64,000 nt of DNA from a bacterium (GTDB lineage Bacteria; Electryoneota; Electryoneia; Electryoneales; Electryoneaceae). This document shows positions 38,781-50,000 of this stretch, in pieces; within the stretch, counting starts at the first letter, position 1; each line of letters opens with the position of its first letter. Made by a program: the position numbers and the translations under genes. The notes beneath the pieces were generated by a model that saw nothing but the letters and a program-made list of their open reading frames with translations, had not been told where the DNA came from and did not search any database. The DNA is taken from contig CAXXKJ010000002.1 in the NCBI GenBank assembly GCA_963675295.2, positions 2,944,001 through 3,008,000 on the forward strand. The letters are read 5' to 3'.

Positions 38781-38903
38781 CTTTTACTATCTTTTACGAT
38801 CTGCTACTATCTGTTACTGTCTGTTACTATCTGTTACTTTCTTTGCCTGTCTTTTGCGTCTTTTACTTCTGTTGCATCAGTTGCGTCTTTTGCGTCTGTT
38901 GCG
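38781..38903. repeat. Adjacent minisatellites: six 10-mers (CTGTTACTAT-like) then six 9-mers (TCTTTTGCG-like)
   Basis: 10-mers 38781-38840 and 9-mers 38850-38903, directly downstream of the GH13-CTD stop. Confidence 0.85.
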
Positions 38904-38905
38904 TC

Positions 38906-41900
38906 CTATTTCAAGAGCACCATCTTCCGGCTGCGGACGAAATCACCTGCCTCGAGCCGGTAGAAGTAGACGCCGGACGCCAGGGTCTGGCCGAACTGAT
39001 CCTGCCCGTCGAAGGTGACCGTGTGCGCTCCGGCGGTCATGCGTTCGTTCAGCAGAGTCGCGACCCGTTGGCCGAGCACGTTGTACACCGCCAGCTGCAC
39101 CTGTCCCGGCTTGCCGAGGGTGAACTGGATCTGCGTCGTCGGGTTGAACGGGTTCGGATAATTCTGTCCGAGCGAATAGTTCTCCGGTAGCTGCACATGC
39201 TCCGGCACATCGAGCACGAACGAGGTATCCGCAATCACCCACGCGTTCGCCGTGTACGCCGGCAGGGTGTGGCTGATCGTAGCCAGCTCCGCACCGGTGA
39301 CCTGCGTCGATACGTTGGTGAACACATCGGTCAGGTAGTAGTCTTCGCCGGCTTCGTAGCCCCAGTCATCGACCGGAAGCGTGATATCGACTGACCGTTC
39401 CGCGCCGGAAATGTTGAGCGCGACGACGACGGTGTTCTCACCTTCCATCCAGCGGCCGTAGCTGTAGACGTAGTCGCTGACAGTATTGGTGAGGAACTCC
39501 GATTCAGTGCTGTACAGGGCGGGCAGACGGCGCCGCATTTCGATCAGCGTGCCGTAGAATCCTTCCAGGTTGTACGGATCGTCGTCCCAGCCGATCAAGC
39601 CGCGCTGGCTTTCCTCACCGACCTCCTGCCCGGCGTAGATCAGCGGGATGCCCGGAATGGTCATCAGCATTGTCGCCGCCGACTTGGTCTGCACGGCGGA
39701 GTTCTCCGCGATGTAGCGGACTTCGTCATGGTTTTCCATGAACCGGAACGGGAAGGTGTAGTCCGGATAGTCGAAGCCGAAGTTGGTCACGCGATCATGA
39801 ATACCCTGCGGATCGGTGAAGCTGCTGCCGAACAGGTCACGGAAGCTGTCGCCGGACCCGTGGTGCAGATCCCAGTCGTACGCCGAGTCGAAGCGGTCGG
39901 TGAGGTACGTGAAGTCGTTGACACCGGCTTCCGCGAGCAGGAAGCATTCCGGCTTGATCGTCTTCAACGCGGTCCGCCATTCCGGCCAGAAGTTCGGGTT
40001 GCGTTCCTGCACGCCCCACGCAACGTCGCAGCGGTAACCATCCACGTCGTATTCCTGAATCCACCACTTCGCCATCTCGACCATGTAATGCCGCAAATCC
40101 GGATTGTCGTAGTTCAGGTTCGGCAGGCTGGTCCAGTCGTAGTAGTAGGTATAGTTACCGTTTATGTCTCGGTCGTACCAGTCGTACGTGTTGGACGCTT
40201 CCCCGTTGGCGATGGCGTCCTGCATCCACGGATGTTCAATCGCGGAGTGATTGATCACCTGGTCCATAACAACCTTGATGCCGTAACTATGAGCGGCGTC
40301 GACCAGTTGTTCGAAGTCGTCGAGGGTGCCGTAGTCTTCCTCGATACCGTAGTAATCGGTGATCGCGTAGCCGTGCGTGGACGGCCCCGGGTTGATCGGC
40401 ATCAGCCAGATGCAGGTGTAGCCCATGTTGGCGATGCGCCACATGTTCATGGTGATCGCGTCCAACGACTCGCTGTCGTCGTAGGAACGCACATAGATCT
40501 CGTACACAATCGCCGACTGCACCCAGTCTACGGACTCATCGATGTCGAACGGATCGACACCGTCCGCGTTGACGTCAAACAGGGTACGCGCGTGCGTGAT
40601 GTTGCCGTCCGTATCCTCAAGGGTCAGGTCGAAGTAGTATTCGCCCAGGGTCGCGGGCACTGCACAGGTAGCAACCGACGAACTCGCGCCGGACAGCGTC
40701 ACCGCTTCCGGATTGTCAGGGTCGGCGGTCCACTGGTACATGATCGGCTGATCCTGCGGATCGTAGCTGCCGCCGGCGCTGAGGGTGATCTCGTCACCAT
40801 CGACGGTCACATTCATCTCCGCGACCGGCGCCTGCGGCGTGTTGTGGAAAACTTCGAGTTCGGAGGAGACGCTGGTTTCGTTGTTCAACGTGCCGACCAA
40901 CTGGAAGAGGTTCGAGCCTTCCTGCAGCGTCACATCGTAGGTCAACTCACCGGCGGTAACGGTCCCAAGATCGTAATCGGTTTCGCCATCTGACCAGCTG
41001 TGGTGGATCGTCAGGTCGACGTTATCATCCTCGATCTCGGCGTACAGGGTCTTGCTGTCCTGCACCGTCGACCAGTCGCGCGTCAGCCAACGCAGCACCG
41101 GCCCGGAGGAACCGATGTTCGGGCCGATTTCGTCCGGTGAAATCGCGGCGATGCCCCGGCCTTCGGCGTCCAGGGTAACATTCCGGCCGAGCGTGTGGTT
41201 GGTGAACAGGATGTGTTGCAGCGCGTATTCGTCGACAAACATCATGTCGAACGCGTCCGGATCGTAATCTTCGGCGATACCGCCGTTGTCGAGGCCAATC
41301 TCCCACGAATGGCCCACCGTCGGATCAAAGCCTTCGAAAAAGCTGTAAACGGAGAAGTACCAGTCGCTACCGTAACTGCCCATCACCGCTTCGAGATCGG
41401 CGACCGGCAGCTCGAACTGCCACTGGTCAACATCACCGCTGGCATCGACGGTCACATCGAACGCAGCGCCATATTCCACCGGATCACGGCCTGTGATCAG
41501 GCGGTTGTGGATCGCGGAATCGTACCCGGGCGAACTCGGATCGGCCAGCACCATCTGCACGCCGACGCCGTTAAAATCGCGCAACGACATCTCGGTCGCG
41601 AAATCGGGATTCGTTTCCGGCGCGGTGCCGTCGGTGCTGGAAATCTGGATCATGACGCGGGATTCGTCCCCGATCAGCACCTGTTCCAACGCGAACGCCA
41701 TCGTCTCGCCGGCATCCTCCTCGGTGATGGTCAACGAAACGAGATCTACCGCCGCAGTGGTCGTTGGGGCGGTGTAGCTGCCCGGACCGTCGGCATCAGT
41801 CACCATCGGGTCGCTGTCGAAGGCATGGAAGCCGTCGTCGTCACCATCGACGATGAAGCCCCAGTAGAAGTTCTCCGCGTTGCCTTCGCTGTCGCTGACT

Positions 41901-42844
41901 TCGATTTCGATGGTGTACACACCGGCAGCGAGCCCATCAATCGTGCCGCTCAACTCGCCGGTATCCGTATCGAAGGTATAGGCTGGCGTTCCGGACGGCA
42001 GCAATTCGACGGTAATACCCGTCAGATCCGCACCGGAGGAGGTATCGGTCGGGTAGAACTGCGCCGCGAGCGGTATCGTTTCGTCCGTGCTGAAGGTTTC
42101 ACCGACATAGGGCCGGAAGCCATATCCGTACGGATGATCTTTCGGTGTCGCTTCGACGAGGCTGTTGTTGAACATGCCTCCGTCTGTGCGCGGATTGTCC
42201 GGATCCTGCATCCAGTTGTCGCCGTCGGCATGGAACTTGTAGCCGTACTGAACTTCCATCAGTTGGACGTCGTAGTAGTAGACGCCGCGCTCGTCCGGGC
42301 CGTTCATCGGCATCCCGTCGCCCCAGCCGTTAAAATCGCCCTTGAGGTATACAGTGCCCAGCTGCGCCGGAGTGTATGGGCAGTCAATGCTGCGGGAATC
42401 GAGGGTAAACCGGTGCCAGGTTGTCGCCGGCGCTTCACCGAGGTAGATGTGCCAGTCCGACCCGCCGTTGTTGTCCCAGTCGGTGCCGTTCGTGAACACG
42501 TAGTCCAGCTGTTCGACGGTGGCGTCGGTCTGGATTTCGATGTACCAGACGGTGCCCTCGTAGAAGCTGAGTGGAGATTGCACCGACATGCCCGGGTCAG
42601 CAATCTGCGTGTTCGGCGGCCACATCGATTGCGGCGGCTCGGTCCACTGGTTGATGCCCCAGTGCAGCTTGATGTTGCCGGAGGGCAGCACGCCGGGGTC
42701 GGTATCGTAGTAAATGGTAAGCAGATCGCCCGGTTCCGGATTTTCCGGTTCCCACCAGGAGACCTGCGCGTAACTCGCACTCGCGAACAGCAAGGCAAAA
42801 GTCAGGGTCAACATGGCCATGCGGCCGGTCATGTTCTTCATCAT
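38906..42844 (-). CDS. Multimodular secreted GH13 alpha-amylase-family enzyme (N-terminal starch-binding modules, Ig/PKD domains, T9SS type-A-like CTD)
   Basis: WDNNGG.DW (CBM25/53-like), GDFNGW..YKF..DP.NP (CBM48-like), YEIYVRSY, D.VINH, DGYRCDVA, LAEA, FMENHD. CTD NYPNPFNP..LASGVYFYRL..RKMVLLK. GAGG RBS before ATG 42844. Confidence 0.88.
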   Translation of the reverse strand: MMKNMTGRMAMLTLTFALLFASASYAQVSWWEPENPEPGDLLTIYYDTDPGVLPSGNIKLHWGINQWTEPPQSMWPPNTQIADPGMSVQSPLSFYEGTVWYIEIQTDATVEQLDYVFTNGTDWDNNGGSDWHIYLGEAPATTWHRFTLDSRSIDCPYTPAQLGTVYLKGDFNGWGDGMPMNGPDERGVYYYDVQLMEVQYGYKFHADGDNWMQDPDNPRTDGGMFNNSLVEATPKDHPYGYGFRPYVGETFSTDETIPLAAQFYPTDTSSGADLTGITVELLPSGTPAYTFDTDTGELSGTIDGLAAGVYTIEIEVSDSEGNAENFYWGFIVDGDDDGFHAFDSDPMVTDADGPGSYTAPTTTAAVDLVSLTITEEDAGETMAFALEQVLIGDESRVMIQISSTDGTAPETNPDFATEMSLRDFNGVGVQMVLADPSSPGYDSAIHNRLITGRDPVEYGAAFDVTVDASGDVDQWQFELPVADLEAVMGSYGSDWYFSVYSFFEGFDPTVGHSWEIGLDNGGIAEDYDPDAFDMMFVDEYALQHILFTNHTLGRNVTLDAEGRGIAAISPDEIGPNIGSSGPVLRWLTRDWSTVQDSKTLYAEIEDDNVDLTIHHSWSDGETDYDLGTVTAGELTYDVTLQEGSNLFQLVGTLNNETSVSSELEVFHNTPQAPVAEMNVTVDGDEITLSAGGSYDPQDQPIMYQWTADPDNPEAVTLSGASSSVATCAVPATLGEYYFDLTLEDTDGNITHARTLFDVNADGVDPFDIDESVDWVQSAIVYEIYVRSYDDSESLDAITMNMWRIANMGYTCIWLMPINPGPSTHGYAITDYYGIEEDYGTLDDFEQLVDAAHSYGIKVVMDQVINHSAIEHPWMQDAIANGEASNTYDWYDRDINGNYTYYYDWTSLPNLNYDNPDLRHYMVEMAKWWIQEYDVDGYRCDVAWGVQERNPNFWPEWRTALKTIKPECFLLAEAGVNDFTYLTDRFDSAYDWDLHHGSGDSFRDLFGSSFTDPQGIHDRVTNFGFDYPDYTFPFRFMENHDEVRYIAENSAVQTKSAATMLMTIPGIPLIYAGQEVGEESQRGLIGWDDDPYNLEGFYGTLIEMRRRLPALYSTESEFLTNTVSDYVYSYGRWMEGENTVVVALNISGAERSVDITLPVDDWGYEAGEDYYLTDVFTNVSTQVTGAELATISHTLPAYTANAWVIADTSFVLDVPEHVQLPENYSLGQNYPNPFNPTTQIQFTLGKPGQVQLAVYNVLGQRVATLLNERMTAGAHTVTFDGQDQFGQTLASGVYFYRLEAGDFVRSRKMVLLK

Positions 42845-42869
42845 GAACCTCGATGCGTCAGTATCAAAA

Positions 42870-42883
42870 ATGCAGCGCTTGTT
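42870..42883 (-). promoter_or_regulatory. LacI-family-like operator (AACAAGCGCTGCAT)
   Basis: Lies in the 43-bp gap upstream of the GH13-CTD gene. Matches three other boxes in the locus. Confidence 0.5.
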
Positions 42884-42887
42884 TGCG

Positions 42888-44234
42888 TTATTGCAGCTGG
42901 AAGACACGGAAACCGTAACCCGTAACCGTGAACTCGCCATCCAGCGGTGACGAATCAATCACATCCACGAAGTCGCCCGCACCCAGGCTCGGCGAACGTT
43001 CGACCTTCGCGTCTTCTGCTCCGAAGTTGATCGCGACCAGCATCCGTTCGTCGTCGTGAATCCGTTGGAACAACAGGACGTTTTCGTCTTCGTACGGCAA
43101 CCTCACAGTAGATCCCTCGCGGAGTACGGCGTGCTGCGTACGCAACGCCAACAACTCACGGTAGAAGGCTTCGATGTCCGTGTTTCCGGCCTGCCAGTCG
43201 ATCGGTTCGTCTTCGAACAGGCTCGGCTTGTGCGTTTCGCCGATCTCCTGCCCGGTGTACAGCAGGGGTATGCCGGGCAGCGTATAAATCAATGCGCCGT
43301 AAGGCCGCAGATTTGGCCAGCCGAAGGCTTCGGCGGCACGGGGTTCATCGTGATTCTCGATGAACCGCATCGGCTGCTTCCCCGGCGGATAGATCCTGTG
43401 CTTCTGTTCGACTGCGGACCACAGGCTGTCGGTGCTGATCCCGCCGTGTGCGTGGTCTTTCATCCGGTGGTACAGATTCCAGTCGTACGCGGCGTTGAAG
43501 CCGGTGTCCAGAATCCACGGGTCTTCCCATTCCGCCAGCATGAACACATTCGGTTTACGCTCGCGAAGCTGTGGAATCGCCTGTTCCCAGAAATCGGCGG
43601 GCACCATGCCGGCTACGTCGCAACGGTACCCATCGACATCCGCCTCCTCGATCCAGTGGACGAGTGAGCCGATCAGGTAATTCCTCGCACCTTCGCTATC
43701 GTGATCCCAGTCGGTGATGTCTGACCAGTCGGCGACTTCGCGTGTGAAGTTGCCGTTTTCATCCTTCATGTACCAGTCGGGGTGTTCGCTCATCAGGTGA
43801 TGATCATTGGCGCTGTGATTCATCACGACGTCGAGAATGACCGCCATATCGCGTTCGTGGGCTTCCTTGACCAGCGTTTTCAGATCGTCCAGCGTGCCAT
43901 ATTCATCGCCAATTTTGTAATAATCCTGGACCGAATAAGGGCTTCCGGCGGTGCCCTTGCGACCTTCGACTCCGACCGGGAAGATCGGCATCAGCCACAG
44001 GGTTTTGACGCCGAGATTCTGCAACCGGTCCAGATCCGTGGTCAACGCAGCGAGGGTGCCGTCGTCCGAATACGCTCTCAGGTAGACCTCATACAATGGC
44101 TGGCCCATGAACCAGTCCTCCGCGTCGCTGACGTCCGTGGCGGGTGGCGTCTCCTGTTTCGCGCAGCCGAAGCTGATGATGCCGATGGCGATAGCGAACA
44201 GAGTCGCGCGAAGAATCGAATTTCGCAGAGTCAT
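42888..44234 (-). CDS. GH13 alpha-amylase/neopullulanase-like lipoprotein
   Basis: Lipobox SFGC. LWLMPIFP, GSPYSVQDY, DVVMNH, DGYRCDVAGMVP, MLAEW, RFIENHDE. Confidence 0.9.
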   Translation of the reverse strand: MTLRNSILRATLFAIAIGIISFGCAKQETPPATDVSDAEDWFMGQPLYEVYLRAYSDDGTLAALTTDLDRLQNLGVKTLWLMPIFPVGVEGRKGTAGSPYSVQDYYKIGDEYGTLDDLKTLVKEAHERDMAVILDVVMNHSANDHHLMSEHPDWYMKDENGNFTREVADWSDITDWDHDSEGARNYLIGSLVHWIEEADVDGYRCDVAGMVPADFWEQAIPQLRERKPNVFMLAEWEDPWILDTGFNAAYDWNLYHRMKDHAHGGISTDSLWSAVEQKHRIYPPGKQPMRFIENHDEPRAAEAFGWPNLRPYGALIYTLPGIPLLYTGQEIGETHKPSLFEDEPIDWQAGNTDIEAFYRELLALRTQHAVLREGSTVRLPYEDENVLLFQRIHDDERMLVAINFGAEDAKVERSPSLGAGDFVDVIDSSPLDGEFTVTGYGFRVFQLQ

Positions 44235-44355
44235 CGTGAATTCCTCACAAGCCACGGAATCCCGTCCCGCGCCCAACGTGACGAGGTGATGGTACAATGT
44301 ACAGGTATGTCCCAGTGCGGTAATCGAAGAAATGGTACCGCACTCTGCTGTCTGT

Positions 44356-44389
44356 AAAAAGGGAGGGAAGACGGCGTGTCCTCCCTCCC
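44356..44389 (-). terminator. Intrinsic terminator after CBM-CTD gene
   Basis: GGGAGGGAAGAC...GTCCTCCCTCCC stem. The A5 run gives a U-tail on the minus strand. Confidence 0.72.
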
Positions 44390-44430
44390 CCATCGTCCTG
44401 CAAACGAACCGGCGCGAGCCGGATCGACGC

Positions 44431-45924
44431 TTACTTCATCAGCATCATCTTCTTCGTCTGGGTCATGCCAAGGGCTTCCACACGATAGAAGTAGACACCA
44501 CTGGACAGCCCGGCCATGTCGAGGTTCAACTCGAACTTGCCGGCGCCAAGCGTGCCCATATCACGGTTGATGACTTCCTGGCCGGTAACGTTGAAGACAC
44601 GCAGAGTGGTCTTGCCCGGAGCCGGAAGCGTGAACGCAATCGTGGTGTTCGGGTTGAACGGATTCGGGTAGTTCTGCTCCAGCGCGAACTCAGTCGGAAC
44701 CGTCGCGGTCGGAACTTCACGGACGCTCAGGTAATCGTCGTAAAGGCTGCCGTTCTCACCGAACTGATCTTCGACGGTCCAGGTCGGCTGGTCAGCCGGC
44801 AGTTCGCGGAAGCGGTTTTCACCCTGTCCGGACTCATTGTCCCAGCCATGGCAGCCGTACTTGTACGTAAAGTTGATGGGAGTACCTTCGGGGAACTCAA
44901 TGGTGCAGGTAAAGATCGAGTCACCAGCGACGAGGTCCGGTGCGATACCATCATCGTACAGGTTGTAGTTACCCGGATCGCCCTGAGTCCAGTTCCAGTT
45001 GTTGTCCCATGGGCCGGTGATGATGAAGAATTCGATGCTGTCGATCTCGGCGTCCACCAACTCCGGGATGCCCACGTCCGCGTGCTTCTTGATCGCCGGA
45101 CGGCCATCAAGGTAGTAGGTGACGGTCAAATCCTGGTTGATCCCACCCGGGTTGTCTGCCCAGTAGACCGGATCAAGGACGATTTCCTTGTAGCCGTTGT
45201 TGTTGTTATCCGGTTCGTCACCGGTCGCGACGAGAATACGGTCACCACCCGGCGGTTCTTCCCAGATAACCGGATCACCCTGGTTGTTGCCCTCATCGAT
45301 GAGGAACTTGTACGGCAGGTCGGTGTTGGTTTCCAGGCTTTCGAACGTAATCAGCGCTGCGTAAATATCCTCACCACCACCCTGCAACGTCAGCTGCGTG
45401 TACCCGCCCCAGTTGCCGAGGGCTTCGTGGCCACCGCGAATGATCACACCGTCTTCCGCCGGGTCGAACGCTTCGGTCTGAATCGCGACCGTCATGTCGA
45501 CCTGGAAGATGATTTCGTACGGATAGGTCGGGTTCGCGGAGTTCTGGTCGTTGAAGAACAGAATGTCCAGAACCGTGTCATCGTCCGGGGCGGTCATCGC
45601 GCGGTCGGCGATGCTTTCCCAGGTCAGGTTCGCAAAGTCTCCGCCGTTGGCGATTACGAATTTGAAGTTGTACTCGGTACCGGCTTCAAGCTCGACAGTC
45701 GTTTCGTACACCAAGTCTTCGTCTGGATCCAGCATACGGTCCGAGGGGTTACCCCAACCGTTCATGGAACCGTTCAGGCCGACGGAATCTGCATCGGCGT
45801 CAAAATTACCCAGCTGATCCTGGATGGACATGTCAACGCGGAAGGTCACGTTGACGGCTGACGCCATCCCGGCGATCAACAACAGGGCAATCGCGATCAA
45901 ACCAACTTTCTGCAACGATCGCAT
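44431..45924 (-). CDS. Non-catalytic secreted protein with tandem CBM20-like starch-binding modules and T9SS type-A-like CTD
   Basis: Repeated VTF.VDM...G..(N)GW...Y.YKF modules. No catalytic motifs. CTD NYPNPFNP..LSSGVYFYRV..KKMMLMK. AGGAG RBS. Confidence 0.75.
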   Translation of the reverse strand: MRSLQKVGLIAIALLLIAGMASAVNVTFRVDMSIQDQLGNFDADADSVGLNGSMNGWGNPSDRMLDPDEDLVYETTVELEAGTEYNFKFVIANGGDFANLTWESIADRAMTAPDDDTVLDILFFNDQNSANPTYPYEIIFQVDMTVAIQTEAFDPAEDGVIIRGGHEALGNWGGYTQLTLQGGGEDIYAALITFESLETNTDLPYKFLIDEGNNQGDPVIWEEPPGGDRILVATGDEPDNNNNGYKEIVLDPVYWADNPGGINQDLTVTYYLDGRPAIKKHADVGIPELVDAEIDSIEFFIITGPWDNNWNWTQGDPGNYNLYDDGIAPDLVAGDSIFTCTIEFPEGTPINFTYKYGCHGWDNESGQGENRFRELPADQPTWTVEDQFGENGSLYDDYLSVREVPTATVPTEFALEQNYPNPFNPNTTIAFTLPAPGKTTLRVFNVTGQEVINRDMGTLGAGKFELNLDMAGLSSGVYFYRVEALGMTQTKKMMLMK

Positions 45925-45938
45925 GTTTACTCTCCTTT

Positions 45939-45966
45939 GTGTAACGTTTGCTATCTAACGTTTGCA
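45939..45966 (-). promoter_or_regulatory. Tandem LacI-family-like operators (TGCAAACGTTAGAT, AGCAAACGTTACAC)
   Basis: TAACGTTTGC directly repeated at 45942 and 45956, abutting the RBS of the CBM-CTD gene. Central AAACGTT core typical of LacI/MalR boxes. Confidence 0.62.
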
Positions 45967-46001
45967 AGTATGCCTTGCGATTTTACTTCCAGGGGGCCAA
46001 C

Positions 46002-47072
46002 TCAGAATTTAAGGTTCAACGAGTACTTGTGCACGTTTCCCAATCGATCAAAGCTCTCGAAAGCGTAGTCAACACCCAGTCCGAACATGCCACTGATGTT
46101 GAACATCAACCCGCCGCCGCAGGTGAATCCGCCGCCGTTATCCGGCTCGAACAGGTTGAACTCTTCATCGTACGTCCCGGGCCGCATCGCCCGCAGGCCG
46201 GCCCGCAGGAAGTACATCTCCTGGAAACCATATTCCATGCCGACATTGTACGATTCGGTGTTGTCGTTCGGCACAACCCAGTCCGCGGCGTACGTTAGCC
46301 GGTGGGATTGGGATTGAATGAATTCGCCAGACACGCCGAGCCGCAGCGTCAGCGGCAGCTTCCACTGGTCGGTATCGTATTCGGCGGTGACGAGTTCGTT
46401 GTTGCCTTCGCGACTGGCGTCCGGGTCATGGTAAACCAGCAGGTCCTTGCCCGACATCTGCATCTTCGACCCGAAGTTGCTGATGTTCATGCCGAGCCGC
46501 ATATCCTTGAACGGCGTCACGAACAGGGTTCCGATGTCGAACGCGTACCCGCTCGCTTTTTCGTTCCAGATTTTCTGGTGGATGTACTTGACCGACCCGC
46601 CGATGCTGAACTTGTCATAGAAGCGGTAGGCGTAGTGCCCGGCAATGGCGAGGTCGTAGCTGTTGAAGAACAGGCCGGTACCGTCCTGCTGCAGCACGGT
46701 GGTCTGTTCCATTTCGCCAACGTTCAGCAGAGTCGTGGACAAACCCACGGTCCCCGCCGCTCCCATTGGAAAAACCGCGCCGATGTATTCGAAGTTCATG
46801 TCGGCGAGCCACGTGCTGTGGACCAGCAACATTTCCATCTGGTTCAGGTTGCCGAGTCCGGCCGGGTTCCAGTACAGCGCGTTGGCGTCGTCCGCAACCG
46901 CAACGAACGCGCCGCCCATCGCCTGCGGACGTGTGCCAATGCCGATGGTGAGGAACGGTGCGGCGGTTGTGCCGACCTTGTTCTGGGCGTACACAGTTTC
47001 AGGCGCGATCAAGCCGGCAAGCAGGACCACCGCCAACAAAGCCGTAGCCAGGGTGCGTACTGTCGTCGTCAT
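46002..47072 (-). CDS. PorV/PorQ-family (UPF0164) outer-membrane beta-barrel
   Basis: KVGTTAAPFL.IG.G.R..AMGGAFVA.ADDA.A.YWNPAGL, amphipathic beta strands, C-terminal Phe. Confidence 0.82.
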   Translation of the reverse strand: MTTTVRTLATALLAVVLLAGLIAPETVYAQNKVGTTAAPFLTIGIGTRPQAMGGAFVAVADDANALYWNPAGLGNLNQMEMLLVHSTWLADMNFEYIGAVFPMGAAGTVGLSTTLLNVGEMEQTTVLQQDGTGLFFNSYDLAIAGHYAYRFYDKFSIGGSVKYIHQKIWNEKASGYAFDIGTLFVTPFKDMRLGMNISNFGSKMQMSGKDLLVYHDPDASREGNNELVTAEYDTDQWKLPLTLRLGVSGEFIQSQSHRLTYAADWVVPNDNTESYNVGMEYGFQEMYFLRAGLRAMRPGTYDEEFNLFEPDNGGGFTCGGGLMFNISGMFGLGVDYAFESFDRLGNVHKYSLNLKF

Positions 47073-47083
47073 GCGTTGCTCCC

Positions 47084-50000
47084 TCACTTGATCACCGCGA
47101 ATTTGCCAACGTGTTCGCCCCATGGCGAATCAACGTGGTATACGTAAATGCCGTACGCGACATCCAGTCCGTCCATGTTGCGCAGATCCCAGTTCTCACT
47201 GCCGTCAAAGATCGACTCGTTGTGCTCGATCGTATCAACCAGCTCACCGCGCACGGTGTAAATGCGAATGGTGCATTTTCTCGGCAGATGGTTGAAGGTG
47301 ATGCGGCGCTCCCCGCGTCCTGAGGAATACGGGTTGGACGGTTCCTGCACGTTCGCCGCGAGGTACGGATTCGGGTACACCTTGATCCGGTCGAGATCAA
47401 TTTCATCCCGATCGACCTTGGCCGATTCGGAATCGAAGTTGAATACGTCGTCCGTTGCGATCGGGTTGTACTGGCTGAGGTTGAGGACGTCTCCCCCACG
47501 CGGCGGGTAGATATGGCCGAGACCCCGGTCCTCGTTAACCAGTTCCTGGAACAGGATGGCCCAGGTTGCCACCGTATCAATGTCGCCGTCGTTGTCCGCA
47601 TCGTACAGGTCGAGCAGCGAAATCTCACTCTTGTTGTTGATCTTGCCGTCGTTCGTCTCGCCACCTTCCGGCGCCGTGTTGTCCGCGAACAGGATCAGCG
47701 GTTCGTTACCAAGGGTAAGATTCTCGACCTTGAAATAGATCGGCATCGCCGTCCAGTTGGCGAAGAATCCCCTGTGGTATTCCAGGGATGTGTCTACCAC
47801 CTCATTGTAGAAGGTGACACGGTAGTCGGACGCTGTCGAATCCCCGACGAAATTGTCGACCAGGAAACTGATCGGGCTCATGGTGAACGTCAGCATCGAA
47901 TCTTCATCCACGGCGTTGTACAGATCCCAGCCGGACTGCGCAGAGATGAACCGTGCTGGACGGCGGGGTAGCAGCATGAACGCGCGCAATCCTTCGAAAA
48001 TTGGAGTTTCGACGACGTCGAAGAAGCTCTCGACATTCAACAGACCGTCCCCATTGCCGTACGTCGAGTCGAGGAACGTGTCGTACATGTCGAAAACGCG
48101 TTTCGAATTGAACCGGTCAGCCAGGGTCCCGTTTCTGATGACGGTTTTGTAGCCGCCCCGGTCCCCGTAACGCGTGATTTTGTAGCGTGTGGCCCGCCGG
48201 AGTGAATCCGGATCGCTGAAGGTGAACTCATAATCCTTGTTGTCCAGCACCAGCGTCGGGTCAACCACTTCCACGTGAATGAACGCGTCCGCCGATCCTG
48301 CAAGCGGTTCCGCGCTACCTTCGACCGGAGCCTTGTAACCGTTGGCTGTCGGGCTTGGGGTCACGACGACCGTGTTCTGGTCGGTCTTCACTTCGCCGGT
48401 TTCATCAACGAAGATGTACTTGGAAGTTTCCGCCGGAAACACGCCGGTGGAATCGTTGCCGAAGTCGTAGGACGTGACAGCGTAGTAGTACTGTTGCCCG
48501 TTTTCGACCGTTGTATCTGTCCACACGTGCTGTAACCCGGTATCCTCACCGAGGTAGAACGACACGCCGATGTCACCGGCGGAGAAGAATCCGGCCTTTC
48601 CGTCCTTGAGATCGAATTGTTCAATCGGCTTGTGGAATACTTTGCGGCCGAGACCGTCCGTGATGACGTAATTCTCGAGGAAGCCCGGGTCGGTCGCACG
48701 GTAGATCTTGTAGCCTTCGAAGTCGAACTTGTCTTCGACGGGCTGGGACGGATCTTCCGAAAACTCGGCCTTGTCGTCCCAGTACAGGGTGACGAACCCA
48801 TCCCCCGCCACCGCGGTCACCGTCGGCTTCTCTGGTGGGCGGGCGAAGTTGTAGTTGCTGTCGTAAATCTGCTGAACGGTGCGCTTGTTGAGGAACACGT
48901 CCACCGAGTCTTCACCGAAGAACAGCGCGGTGGAGAAACGTTGCGTATTGCCGGACGGGAGCGGGAAATACCCGGAACCGTACATGAAGTCACCATCCAT
49001 CGCCCGGCCGGGGACAACGTCGATGTTACCGGGTTTCATCCGGTTCCACATGTCGTTGTCGTTGCGCAACCTCAGAGCGGAGGCGGACTCGATATCGAAG
49101 TAGTCAAACGAGGTGAGGCCGATCTGGTCGGACTCATCGATGTCCGTCTTGTCGAAGTGCGGTTCACCGTTGTCCGGCTGGCCGTTGCCTTCGCCAAAAT
49201 CCCTGGTGCCTGCCTGGCCGTCAAAGCCGACGTCGTCGGTTCTCGGGTCCCAGTCGCCGTCGTTGTCGATCCCGTCGTTACGGGCTTCGTCAATCATCAG
49301 GTCGTTCAGCCCCGCGCCAGTGAAGTAGTCGATGTAGGCGTAGCCAACGTGGTCGAGGCGCTGGTCAACCGAATCTGACGGCGGCACATAACGTTCGTCG
49401 ATCAACCCGTTGAAGTTGTCGTCGAAGTTGTTGTAGCCATCTTCAATCAGCAGGCTGTCCGCGTACAGCGTGCGGGTCGTGCCGCGGAAATCGTACTCGA
49501 GCACGCCGGACTCAGGCATCGTGACAACGGTACGTTCGTAGGTGTTGTAGTCGATCAACACCAGTTCCGAGTTGGGATTGCGGTGAATCCCATCCTCTGT
49601 CCATTCACGCAATTGCGCTTCGGTGAGAATCGGAGCGTTTCCCGTGTAGTCGCCGTCGTTGTCGATGCCGTCGAATTCGTTGCCCGGAGATTCGAGGAAT
49701 GCGTATCCGATCCAGCCGACATCATGATCATCGTTTACCGGCACCCAGCCGTAGGTTCGTGAGGGGCCGTTGTTTTCATCGTAGGAATAGGTGATGTCGT
49801 TGTCCGGATCGAAGAACGCGAGATCGTCGTCTGTATCCTCGCGGCCACCGGCCAGTGTGCCGACAACCATGCCGAAAACGACCTTATCGTAGTTGTAGTC
49901 ACTGATGTTGGCGATCTCGTACTGCCAGACGATAGCGTCTTCCGCGAGGAAGTGCGACCACTGGAAGCCGCGCGCGGCAACGCGAATCCCCATCCCGCCA

